A stretch of 44,686 nt of DNA from positions 1 to 44,686 of the forward strand of contig NMRA01001070.1 in the NCBI GenBank assembly GCA_002633005.1. Reading direction: 5' to 3'. Every line of letters begins with the position of its first letter. Positions within the stretch are counted from its first letter, which is position 1. Of this stretch, positions 25,047 through 37,139 are shown piece by piece. Source of the stretch: Phoronis australis. Taxonomy: Eukaryota; Animalia; Phoronida. Below the pieces are notes generated by a model. The model made no database searches. It was not told the DNA's origin and was given only the letters and a program-made list of their open reading frames with translations. The translations under genes were made by a program, and so were the position numbers.

Positions 25047-27057
25047 TGACCTATCGCAAGCTCCGCCCCTATGCGAAAAGTCACGTGATACCCGACATTC
25101 GAACGAGATGTCAAAGGCAAATACACTGTCGCTAAACGACGTTCCTGGTGGAATCGATGAGCGTTTTTGCACTATTTGAAAACGCGTCGGCAGAGACAAG
25201 AGGCGATGCTTTTCAACAGTGAATCGTACGTTCATGATATGGGAATTTGTAAATGTGACGATGAAAAAATAAGTGCTCGAGGAGCCAGCGAAAATCCGAA
25301 GAACCCCTCGGCCTCGGGTCACTTTCACCTGACAAATGACAAGGCCACTGATACGATATGTTCTTGTAAAGCTGGGTATGTACCTTAAAGTCGAATTATC
25401 TGTACGATTCCATAGATTTCATGATCTTTCGAATAAAATCAAGATTCACCGATATTTTAATTCTGTCGTCTGCTAAATTTCGCCAAATGAAAAGTAGGTC
25501 ACAAGTGGTGGGACTCCTGGAGTAAAGTAGGTCATAGATTACAGACAACACATGCACTTTAGTCTCTGAATAGATCGACTCGATAGCTTTTCTAATCTTG
25601 TAACGAAATATTTTGATAAAAAAATTGAGGTTCATAACTCATTTACACACTCATCTCGTCCTCCGGTAGGTCTAGGGCTGTGTCTAAGTAAAATTAATGT
25701 CTGGAATTCAGTGGCGGATCTAGGATACCACAGGGGGGGCCCAACATATGTTGCCTCGTGGAATTGGGCAAAGTGCAATTGTATGTGCACAGGCGGCCCG
25801 AAAGTTGCAGGGGCCAGGGATATAGACCGTTGGACCTTCTGTTCATAAAATCTATCGGTGGACTAAAAGAAACAGGAACACGATTCCGCCGCTATCTGGG
25901 GTCTGAGCCCCCCCATCTTCTGCTACCGGTCCTAGTTACTGAACTCAATATTTCTTTCGCGCTCTTGCTGTTTCATTTTGCTTGCTAGGGGCTGGGGCCC
26001 CTGCCCTCCCCCCTAAATCTGCCTATGGAATTGTCCGTTTGCACCATTAAGACATTTAAATGAACTTGGCATTTTTTGTAGTTTCATTCCATAAAGGTAG
26101 CTTTCATTTAATTTTGAAGGTAGCATGGATCAGTAAGTCGTGGTATGGTTACAAAAGTTTACAAGTCTGGTGTGGTAGCAAAAATAGGGTATTTACAAAA
26201 ATAACTCAAATTCTTTTTTAAAGCTTCATAAATCTAAATATCATGTTTAAACGACTCCAAAATGAGCTCTCTCTAACTCTACAGACATAGTGTATACTAG
26301 AGCTACACGTCAAAAAGTAATTCAACAGTTTATTTTTAGTGACAACAGGCCGACCAAGGCTTTGAGTTCCGGCAGTAATCCAGTGCCCTTCTCTGTGCCG
26401 ATCGAATCTCTGAATTTTGACCGGGAACGCCAGCTTACGGTTGATGAATGACAAAACTGTACCTCTGATACGAAACAAAATAATGTCCATTAGGTTGAAA
26501 TAAATAAAAGAAAAACATAAAATAAAAATGTCCTTGAAAACAACAATGTCCGGGGACTACCGCTAGAGTGCTCAGGTCCAGCAGGTGCCGAGACAAAGGC
26601 AGCCAGACGTAGCCAACTCGGGAGTCAAAATCCGTGATAGCCCTGCACCATAGCCACCAAGCTGAAAAGTGCGTATCTTGGAAGTAATATATTTGTGTTT
26701 ATTATAGCCTTCGAGTTATCACGCAACATTGATAACTTCAGCTGCTCGTGTTGCCGTACAGTTTGATCCATAGTTTACGCTTTTCAACATCATTTTTCGG
26801 TTTAGGACATGCCAAAAAATGACGGGATATTATTCTGGAGCAGCATAACGGCTGTCGGTGCTACACACGTCATATCAACACCGTTTCCTTATTCTTAGCG
26901 GACAATTTCTTGAGCTATAGACTAAAGTAAGTTTTACTCGACTACGTGTGGTTTGTCGGGTAAAATGGCGGCTTGGAAACGCAGACGAAGGTGTGCCAAG
27001 AATGCTGCGTTCTGATTGGTCAATTAAGCCGTCCGTCATAATCCTGACGATAGGTCA
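25047..27057. mobile_element. Internally deleted ISL2EU-like (PIF/Harbinger group) DNA transposon with convergent SWIM and THAP remnants
   Basis: Ends aattgacctatcg...cgataggtcaatt (AT or AATT duplication); equal-length empty site at ~32055. Plus strand ...DTICSCKAG (SWIM start, ~25088-25376). Minus strand RKRC*YDVCSTDSRY...PKPK...EKRKLWIK...RQHEQL (THAP, ~26670-26892). Confidence 0.8.
25709..26027. mobile_element. hAT-like MITE nested in the ISL2EU-like element
   Basis: Imperfect TIR CAGTGGCGGATCTAG...CTAAATCTGCCTATG, 5-bp TSD GAATT, G/C-run subterminal motifs. Confidence 0.8.
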
Positions 27058-27130
27058 ATTACTGGTCGCCGACTTTACCACTACACCACGCAGCGACTGA
27101 CGTCATCAGGAGTGAAAATAGAATACTTAA

Positions 27131-28826
27131 AGGAGCATGCCACCCAAAAAACAACCTAATTTGTATCAATTTAGATCGAGTAGTTCTACTCCATAACGAC
27201 AAGTGAGCTTGCGTTACCTGACACCTGACGGCAGACGGAGGTGTTGAAATTATCCAATTACGTCATCGGTTTCACACGCATTTTGTTCAGCAGTTCACAA
27301 CACGGGTTACTGGTGTCAGCTTATCGCTTGGAATCATCGTTTAGCACCAATAAATCATCAAACTTCGATGTAAAACCCTTAAAAATACACCGAGTTCTTA
27401 CAAAAACGTGTTGTTTCATTTCGCTCTTACGGATTTATTGGTATTTGGACACACCGTAGCCTACAAAAATCGGCAGGCCAATAACTGTCCGTAGCAGGAG
27501 TTTGCGGTGTGTTCGGAGATAATTTCGAAGTATTTTCCGTGAGATACAGACAGGAGAACCTAAATCTGCGTTGTTTAGACTTGTGATTTTCTGAGTTCTA
27601 AACACAAAACGCTTGTTATCCTGGCCAGTGGCTCGGAGCCCGATCAGGCCCGTCGCGGCGCCGGCCGGATTCAGGTTGACTCGTTATCCCGGCCAGTGGC
27701 TCGGAAACTGATCAGACATCACGAACAAACCAGCCAAAGCTCAGTGGAAACTAAACTTCTAGTCAAGAAAATACTATACTAGTGAGCCAAAGTAATGTGC
27801 ACGTGATTATGTTGGTCAATTAGCCACGAAACTGCAAATCTACTTACTCCGTCGGGGGCCGCGAATTCAGTTCCGCTTTGGACACAGCACCGTCAGGGCA
27901 GAGGTTGTACATTGACAATCATTATTTGAGTAATGTAAATGTAAATAAAGATTCCCCTAACACCTGGTCGTGGGGTGGAAATCGAGTTGTTTCACAACAG
28001 TTTCTGCCAGCAAACACTAAATTAGCATGAGCTCTCGCGGTGTCCCGTCAATTAGTTTTATTGCACCTAAAGCCGGTAACGCAGTGATTTATTCATTGCT
28101 GGCTTCTCAAATCATTTCGTGCACTTACGAACACTCCACAGGCATTATAAATTGCATCTAATGAGACAGACTTTGTTTCAGTTTTATATAAGTATTGGTT
28201 AGGGTGAGAAAAATTCATTTTGAAACAGAACGCTCAGTAATAAACGCCAACGGAGTGGCAACTCGCAATCCCGACTTAGGACAAGCTAGAGCGCCGGGCT
28301 CATCAATCCCGACTTCGCAGGTGGATCGTTAAGTTTTACAGGCTATCAATTCGAACAGGATTACAGTGATGAAGAAATAGTAGAGAGGCGCCGTGAACAA
28401 GCTCAGAAAACGGAACGTATGGAGTTATTTGGTAAGCCGGCATTCGTGAGGCACTGTCGACGTCGTCTGCAGGCCACAGACACGGAGATGTTTTACGGCA
28501 TCACACTTGCTATTTACAGCGTACATTTCATTTTTCACTACCATGAGCCACTTCCTTAGCATTTCGGACTCTCGAGGAAGTAAAAAAACACGATATACTC
28601 GCTTTCCTCGCGGCTGCTTAGTTCGGACCAGCGGGAACGATATACCGCAACATAGCGGCATTCACTCTGCTTATGAACCGTTGACGTCGCTAGCGTCGTT
28701 TCTCACCTTCCTCAAAGGTTAACGCGACACCTCTTGGCAAGGTAAGGTCGACCGTATGCGAGGCGATGTGGAAATAGACCGATTAAGACGGCAAAAAAGA
28801 CTAATTAAATCGGGTGGCATTCGCCT
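27131..28826. mobile_element. Non-autonomous Kolobok DNA transposon with THAP remnant
   Basis: TTAA|AGGAGCATGCCACCC...GGGTGGCATTCGCCT|TTAA; empty site aatacTTAAatgagcac at ~32122-32139; minus-strand THAP-like MPLCC...LPRESEMLRKW...HLRVC (28425-28661); internal direct repeat at 27615/27683. Confidence 0.9.
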
Positions 28827-28830
28827 TTAA

Positions 28831-31448
28831 ATGAGCACGCGCAATGATCCTAAGTTCAACAAACCGCATTGTACTGTACTTATATAGCGGTACGCTACGA
28901 AGAATAAGACACATAATTTCCATAAAAATGATATCTTAATTCAGTGAAATTTTTCTTTCATGTCCTCTTACTTGTAAATCACCGATCTCCAGTTTGAATG
29001 CCGTCAGGATCTTTGACTTGAGAATTATATTCAGTTACCAGTAGTAACCTAATTTAGCAGACGATAATTTCCCGGTCGAAGCTTAGCATGAAAAAAAAGT
29101 GTTTTAAGCTATAATAGCTGGTAAACCGTAATTTTTTAATTCAATTTATTTCTATTATATTTAAGTTTTCATTTGGTTTTGAGTAAAAGCATTATTTGAC
29201 AAAAATAGCCCGGCTTTTCTTAAAAGGTCACGACCCCCGACCCCGGGCCTCTGACATAGAATGTACTTACAAAGCCGTGGAGAGTCGGAAAAGGTTAATC
29301 GATTCATTGCAATGTTTCTCGTTTAGTATGTGGTATAAATAGATTATGGAGAATTATCACCCTCAGGGCTAACGCCCCTCGGGCGATAATTCTCCAAAAT
29401 CCACTCGGGCTCTAGATAACTTGGGATAACGACTTCGCCATGTAATAATCTATATATATATCCCCTTCTCAGAGGACAAACATACAGCAGAGTGAAATAC
29501 ATCCACAAAACGTACCGAGAGTGGAATAGATGAAATTATTGCGAGACAATGTTCTGCTCAACAAGCGACACCAAATTAAAGACGAACGGGAAATTTCTTC
29601 GGTTTTTAGGCACTTGCATTTACACATTCATTTATAAAATCCGCTGGGCATTTGGGCATCTTTCATTCAACAAAGAACGCTGTATGTACATCTTTGTTTG
29701 TTGCAGGGAACATTTCACCTTAAAATGTTTTGGCTTAGACCTAGACGTCAGGCTTTGTACTCTCATCTCCCGCTTTTGATCCAATTGTTCCGTTAATTCG
29801 TTCTTGAACGTTGACCGTGACAGCTATGCAACAGGTGTCCAAAATAACATTGACTCTTTTCATAAATATTGTTGTTTTCCAAAGTTTGCTTTTTAGTACA
29901 TTGTAATCACAAAAATTATGGTTTGTTCCAGTGTGTCTTGTTTACAATAGCCTACACTACATGTACATGTATCAGGATCAAAAACTTTTATTTTCTGAAG
30001 GAAATGGTTGATGTCTAAACTTTTCTGGAAAGACCTGCACTGTAACTAGCTTGATCATTTATCCACATTACATGTACATTTCAAAATTAAGTGATGGATT
30101 CTGCACCCTTTCTGTTGATTAGAAAACCTTTACTTCCAAATTTGAGATAGAAGCTTGGAGTAGCTTATCTTATTTTTGGCAAAACATAACTCCTTAAAGA
30201 TTGTAATTCTGTCAAACCGCACCAAAAGTCTAATAAATTATAATATATTAACATCAATAATGTTGGATGAATGCGTGAATAAATTATCCATAATAAATGT
30301 GACAGATTCATACTTTTAATCCTTTGTCTTTATAGGGTAGAAATTTTTGAATCAGGCGAAATGGTTTTACTGTTCATTTTCATAAAACATGTCTGCTTCA
30401 TTTCCTTTTTTATGTTAATAGTACACGCTGATTTTTTCATATTTTGGTAACACTCTTGGTTTTTAGAAACTATAAAAAATAAACTGATCAGGTATGCAAA
30501 ATGAAAATTGATGAATTATTTATTTTCATTGTTGGCTTCTATTATAGTCATCAAGAAATGACAATGGGCTTTCTTGCGATATGGCAATTCGGTTGAAAAA
30601 CGACAGAGTTGCAAAAAAATTAAGGGCAGTAAATCCCATTACACACAACGGAGCAAAGGAATGCAAACAACTCTCATGCAAGCGTAGCGCAACCTCAGCG
30701 GCTGCAAGATCGGGATTGGCACTCCAGGGAAAGATTTCCCTGTATTGCGTTAGCACCAGTACGAGACATTTGATTTTAACATTTAACTGCGTTTCCAACA
30801 ATCAGAATTTTTTGTTGGTAAACAACCATTCGTTTGAAGTTAAAATACCTTATTTAGTTAAACTTGCTGCTGCTTTTTACCGATCTAAATCTCACTGGAT
30901 GCATGACAGCATTTTGTCCCACAAGGCTGAGGCATTTTGGAACGGACAACTACTGTATGAATGATTTTACCCTACTTGGATTACAATAGACACACCAGTG
31001 TCTGGAGTTTAATTTCCAAATTCTTTTGTTGAATTTTATTTCATTCTTTCAATGGCAAAATTCAGTTGATTACAACACATTGCAACTACTGTCTCTTTGT
31101 TGAGAGGCCTCAACCTCTATTGGTTAACCTCAGAAAGCAGTAAAGTTTGAAAGCATCGTGATTGATTTTTGCATACATGTATGTCTAGCAGACTACAGCG
31201 ACAATTGGCAACATTAGCTCCAATAAAATCATAAAGCGCAACAGACATAATTTGTTGGATGATGGCTATGGTCAATTTAGCTTTACAGCCTGAGAACCAA
31301 GTATGTATTCACAGATTTGGAAACAATAATGCTTGTTTATTATGAATAACTACCACATATATTGCATGTTTTTGCTAAGAATTTTCCTCATCTTTTGATG
31401 TTATTAATGTTTGTCGCTTGCATCCTTGCTCAACTTCAGAGGGCAAAT
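28831..31448 (+). repeat. Intron module copy A
   Basis: Shares ordered anchors with copies B and C, and the later ones with D: cagaggac..catacagcag, atcaggatcaaaaactt, ttccaaatttgagatagaa, gacaatgggctttcttg, tggatgcatgac, cattgcaactactg, gcagactacag. Confidence 0.93.
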
Positions 31449-31815
31449 TTTTTTAATGTTTATTACAAAATCTTCAGAATACAATGAATATACATAACCC
31501 AGAAAGTGCCAAGAGGCATCAGATCTGGGTAGAAAAATACAAAGAAGTCTATATACAATGATTATATACGAATACATAAATAAAAAAATTGATGTTAAGA
31601 ATACAATGATATATGACAACGAATGAAAATAATTCATTTTCATACAGATGTATAAAATTCTATCCTCTCACACAAAGAAATTTAATGTTATAAAGAAATT
31701 CTGATACTATTTCACATAAAACCTTATTTTCGTTTGAGTTAAGTTCTTGGCATCCATATAGAAAGAAATTAATTTTGTAAATGGTTGTACAATTGCGGAA
31801 TTTCAGAATATTTTA
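31449..31815 (-). mobile_element. CR1-type LINE 3' end
   Basis: FFLYGCQELNSNENKVLCEIVSEFL resembles the CR1 ORF2 C-terminus; 3' stem acccaga...tctgggt, AATAAA and A-tail. Confidence 0.65.
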
Positions 31816-31941
31816 CAGACATTGTTGGATGATGGCTATGATCAATCTAGCTTTAAGGCCTGAGAACCAAGTATGTATTCTCACATCTAGAAGCAATGTT
31901 TGTTTAATATGAATAACTACCACATATATTGCATGTTTTTT
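31816..31941 (+). repeat. Short extra copy of the module 3' part
   Basis: Matches 31241-31372 and 38898-39025. Confidence 0.9.
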
Positions 31942-32096
31942 CCACGATATTAGCGTCAAATGGCAGATACAACCGTGTAATAACCCATAAAGTTATCTCA
32001 TTAGTGAGATAACGATTTGGCGGGAAACCGAGGACGGGGTCGAACCCGGGACCCTAATATTGCTGGTCGCCTACTTTACCACTACACCACGCAGCG
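31936..32096 (-). mobile_element. tRNA-derived SINE-like element
   Basis: A box TGGTGTAGTGG (32079-32089), B box GGTTCGACCCC (32036-32046), poor acceptor stem, ~90-nt body, A6 end. A second, disrupted copy lies at 24920-25046 plus 27058-27096. Confidence 0.65.
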
Positions 32097-34183
32097 ACTG
32101 ACGTCATCAAGAGTGAAAATAGAATACTTAAATGAGCACGCGCAATAATCGCACGTTCAACAAACCGCATTGCACTGTGCTTACACGTTACGGAAAAAAG
32201 ACACATAATTTCCATAAAAATGATATCTTAATTCTGTGAAATGTTTCTCTAATGTCTTCTTACTTGTAAATCACCGATCTCTAGTTTGAATGCGGGTATC
32301 GTGTCGTCAGGATCTTTGACTTGAGAATTATATTCAGTTACCAGTGGTAACCTACTTTAGCAGACGATAATTTCCCGGTCGAAGCTTAGCGTGAAGAAAA
32401 CGTGTTTTAAGCTATGATAGTTGGTAAACCTTACTTTATAAATTCAATTTATTTCTATAATATTTAAGTTTTCAATTGGTTGAGTAAAAGCAATATTTGA
32501 CAAAAATAACCGGGCTTTTCTTAAAAGGTCACGACCTCCGACCCCGGCCTCTGACATAGAAAGTAGTTACAAAGCCGTGGAGAGTCAGAAAAGGTAAATC
32601 GATTCATTGCAATGTTTCTCGTTTAGTATGTGGTATAAATAGATTATTACATGTTCTCAGCCGTTATCCCCCTTATCTAGAGCCCTCGTGGATTTTGGAG
32701 AATTATCACCCTCGGGGCTAACGCCCCTCGGGCGATAATTCTCCAAAATCCACTCGGGCTCTAGATAACGGGGGATAACGACTTCGCCATGTAATAATCT
32801 ATATATATGTATTGTATATATGTATATAACCCATTCACAGAGGACCAACATACAGCAGTGTGAAATACATACGCAAAACGTACCGTGAGTGGAATAGATG
32901 AAATGGTTGCGAGACAATATTCTGCTTATCAAGCGACACCAAACTAAAAGACAAACGGGAAATTTCTTCGGTTTTTAGGCACTTGCATTTATAGAATCCG
33001 CTGTCGGGCATTTGGGCACATTTCATTCAACAAAAATCGCTGTCTGCACATCTTTGTTTGTTGCAGGGAACATTTCACCTTAAAATGTTTTGGCTTAGAC
33101 CTAGATGTCAGGCTTTGTACCCTCATGTCCCGCTTTCGATCCAATTGTTCCGTTTTTTCGTTCTTCAACGTTGACCGTGACAGCTATGCAACAGGTGTCC
33201 AAAATAACATTGTCTCTTTTCATAAATATTGTTGTTTTCCAAAGTCCATTTTTAGTACATTGCAATCATAAAAATGTAGTTTTGTTCCACTGTGTCTTGT
33301 GTACGATAGCCTACAATAAATTCATCAGGATCAAAAACTTATATTTTCTGCAGGATATAGTTGATGTCTAGATTTTTCTGGAAAGACCTGCACTGTAACT
33401 AGCGTCGTGACTTATCCACATTACATGTCCATTTCAAAACTAAGTGATGGATGCTGCACACTTTCTATTGATTTGAATACTTTTACTTCCAAATTTGAGA
33501 TAGAAGCTTGGAGTAGCTTATCTTATTTTTGGTAACACATAACTCCTTCAAGATTGTAATTGTGTCAAACCCCACCAAAAGTCTAATAAATTATAATATA
33601 TTAACATCAAATAATTTTGGATCAATGCGTGAATGAATCATCCATAATAAGTGTGAGGGATTCATATTTTTAATCCTTGGTCTTTATAGGGTAGAAATTT
33701 TTGAATCAGAAGCAATGGTTTTACTGTTCATTTTCATAAGCAACCATTGGTATGAAGTTAAAATAACTTATTTAGTTAAACTTGCTGCTGCTACTTTTAC
33801 CGATCTAAGTCCCACTGGATGCATGACATTATGGCCTACAAGGCATTTTGGAACGGACAACTATGAATGATTCTTACTCTACTTGGAATACAATAGACAC
33901 ACCATTGTCAGGAGTTTAATTTCTTTTGTTGAATTTTATTTCATTGTTTCAATGGCAAAATTCAGTCGATTACAACACATTGCAACTACTGTCTCTTTGT
34001 TAAGAGGCCTCAACCTCTATTGGTTAAACTTCTTGGGAACACAATAGGGCAACCTGAGTTACATGTAAGTGCATCACCATTTACCAGTGTGATCTTAATA
34101 TTTCCTCAGAAAGCAGTAAATTTCGAGAACAACGTGATTGATTTTTGCATATGTCTAGCAGACTACAGCGACAATTGGCAATT
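32097..34183 (+). repeat. Intron module copy B (internal ~440-bp deletion at ~33740)
   Basis: Colinear with 27097-27130 plus 28831-31211. Confidence 0.93.
32639..32802. mobile_element. Palindromic MITE (truncated copy at 29339-29453)
   Basis: atagattattacatg...catgtaataatctat with arms pairing inward to a gctaacgc centre; TA-rich flank. Confidence 0.8.
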
Positions 34184-35609
34184 GACTTTATCTAAACATA
34201 CAACAAGCGCTGACCTCCAGGACCAACGGGTCTGGCTGTGAGCTCGGCGGGATTTTTCCTGTTTTTGAAACTGAGAGAGTTGATTCGGAAAGTTTTAAAG
34301 CCAAAAAACAGAAAAAAACAACCTATGGTCCCAAATCAAATCATATCAGAGACCTACTAACATTACATATAGTATCGTTCCGGGCAGAGTGTAATCGTCT
34401 CGTCTGCTCTTCAGTGAATTCCAGGTTCAAGCAATTTTTGGACATGTGGAAGAGGATCACGAATATGTATTGAAAAATATAACGTGAACTAAAAAGCAAT
34501 CCAGAGTTATTTTAGTATTTTGTAAACAAAGATATATTGAATATGAGATACTATGTGTATATACTTTATTATACTCTCTCCCTAAGTTCAGTGCAACATG
34601 GTCAATGGTAGTCGCTCGTGGAATTTTTATGAAGATTGTCGTCAAAATACAGCTAGATTGTGTACTGAGCCCCCTTAGACCCCGAAATTTCACACAGCAC
34701 GTGTAGTTCTGCTCGTAACCTCGTCATTAATCTTAAACCAACACTTAAAACTAACGACCGCTTGGGGTGCTTGCAAAATTAGGAAGTCAACCGAGACTCA
34801 TCTTACTCGGTGAAGCCGTCTTCAAGTGAAAACAATCTGATCAGCGTCATTTTCTTGCACAATTATCTGCCTGTTGAACAAAGAAAATCTGTCGTCGTTT
34901 TCAAAGCAGTACGCTCGTGACACGTGCACGTACCATTTATATAGCGACAGATCCGCAGCAGCAAAATTTATTCTGAAATTTGGTTTGTAACAAATGGAAC
35001 CAGTTAGAGTGCATTTTTAATGACACTAATTTTGTTCCAGATTTCGTTTGATCAGTTTTTACCCACGTCTTCGCCAAGCTGTATATTTAGAATACAGCTT
35101 TGCAACAAAGATAGCTACTTCTGTGACAACGACAGAGATCTCACAATCCGCAATTTCTTACGCCACTCTCTGTTTTTACCACCAGTCTTGAACCAGAGTA
35201 GATTTGTTTAGCCAAGTCTTATGCTAAAGTCACTCTATGGCAATGTACTTAAATTAGGCAATGTGAAAAAAGAGTAAGGATACCTCTATCTCAGCAGGCC
35301 GTGAGTCAAATGTGTTGTGGGTCATGGTCACGGGGTTGTGAAATGTCCTGGTCGAGGGGGTTTTGCAATAATCTGCATAATGTCCTAGGTTGTACTTTGG
35401 ATCTGGCAACTATGAATACTACTCACCTTTTGAATTCCAATAGATGCTTAGTAACCCAGTGTCAGAGATTTTATTACCAGCTTCCTTGGGTTTGGGGAGA
35501 AGGGAGCGAAGATGGGTTGCAATGATAATCGTTTCTCATTAGTACATGTAGCAGTGATCTCTGTCATTTAAGATAGTACTCAGTTTATTTGCCGTTTAGA
35601 GTTGACTCT

Positions 35610-35803
35610 CTTAATTGTTTGAATGATAAAATTCAGTTAAACACAAAGAAGAAAAGGGACATAGGACACACTGCAACTACTGTCTCTTTGTTGAGAAACC
35701 TCAACCTCTATTGGATAGCCTTCTTGAGTAACACAGTTGGGCACCATGATTTGCGTGCACCACCCGTTACCATAGTGGCTTTAATATCCCCTATAAGGAA
35801 GCA
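35610..35803 (+). repeat. Partial module copy
   Basis: aaaattcagtt...gcaactactgtctctttgttgaga..cctcaacctctattgg...gggcaccatga. Confidence 0.85.
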
Positions 35804-37139
35804 ATGAGTGAACTTCTAGAATTATCTTGAGTTTTGCGGAAGATTAAAAACGAGTTGTGTGAAACATCTATAGAAGATCAAATTAAACAAATGTGTAGTG
35901 AATCAAATGATGGGAAGTAAAAAGTGAAACAAACACACTGTGAGCCAAAACGATATGTCAGTGCAAAGAATAATTTGACAGTCAGTATTTTAAGAAAACT
36001 GTTTGTTAATAGTGTTTAATAAAAGATTGGTTTAATGGGAAGTTAACGCAAATATCCTGTATGAAGGCTTTGCGGATTCAGAAAAAAACAAATACCATGG
36101 TTGACAGAATTTCACTCTGAATGCAATGATGCTGAAGTTTTCAATTGAAAATGGACCGGCAGTGCTACTGTGCACATATATATTCATTAGTTTAAACATT
36201 TGTTAGATATCCAATACAAGGCATAATTCATCAAGTGAAGACCTTATGTAGCATTTCCTATTCTCATTACATGTATGTGTTTTCTCTCATTGCATTAAAT
36301 ATACCTGCTTTTGATATTCTAAAATTGCTGCTTTCGGTATGCAAAAACGTGACATTTTCTTCGTAAACATTTGACAGCCTATCACTAAGTTCAAACACGG
36401 TGACTGATGCATGAGACACAAACTAGGACCACATACACACAGTTTTAAGCTCAATGTGAAAGATAACCTCGAGAGAGATTTTTTATATCTTTTCATTTTC
36501 TCGAGAAATACCCCTCAATAGATAATTTCCATAGATAAATAGAGTGACTCCAACAAGTAGGCCTACATGTAGTATGCTTACCGGGTGCTGATGATATTGC
36601 AGATATTGTAAGTGCACCAAGACAGTTATAACAACGAAAAAAATTGATGAAACGAAATTATGAGGTTCAGAAACTGGGATCCTCTAGAGAGCGTTAAAAA
36701 TTGTCGCGTAATTTCCAAATTGTGTTTAAGATTAGCACGAAACAGCAACCTGTAGGAATCTTGGTAAACATTTTCTAGAGCCCCAGCATATAGTGGATAA
36801 TGTCAGAGAGTTTCTCTCTGTACTAAAATTATGTGCTTTGCAAAAATGAGAGACACTGAGAAGGAGAGGAGTGGAAGGGAGAGAGAGAGGGAGAGGATAG
36901 GGAGACATGTATTCTCGCAACAGACCTTCTTTCAAGCAAGTCTCATTCAACGGCAAGCTATTTTCTGCCCTCTTAAGCTGCACACATATTTCCTTGAGTT
37001 GCCGGGCAACATGTCTAGTCCCGCTGTCTAATTCGCACATGAGAGTTCCAAAACTCATAACACCAAGTGGAGGCAACTTCGATTCATAGGTACATGTATT
37101 AATATGTGTAACGTTATGTAAATATGAATATGTATCGTA

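Noticed and set aside
32028-32096. Functional tRNA gene
   Set aside because: A and B boxes are present, but acceptor and anticodon stems do not pair and the anticodon-like triplet differs between copies (AGC vs AGT).
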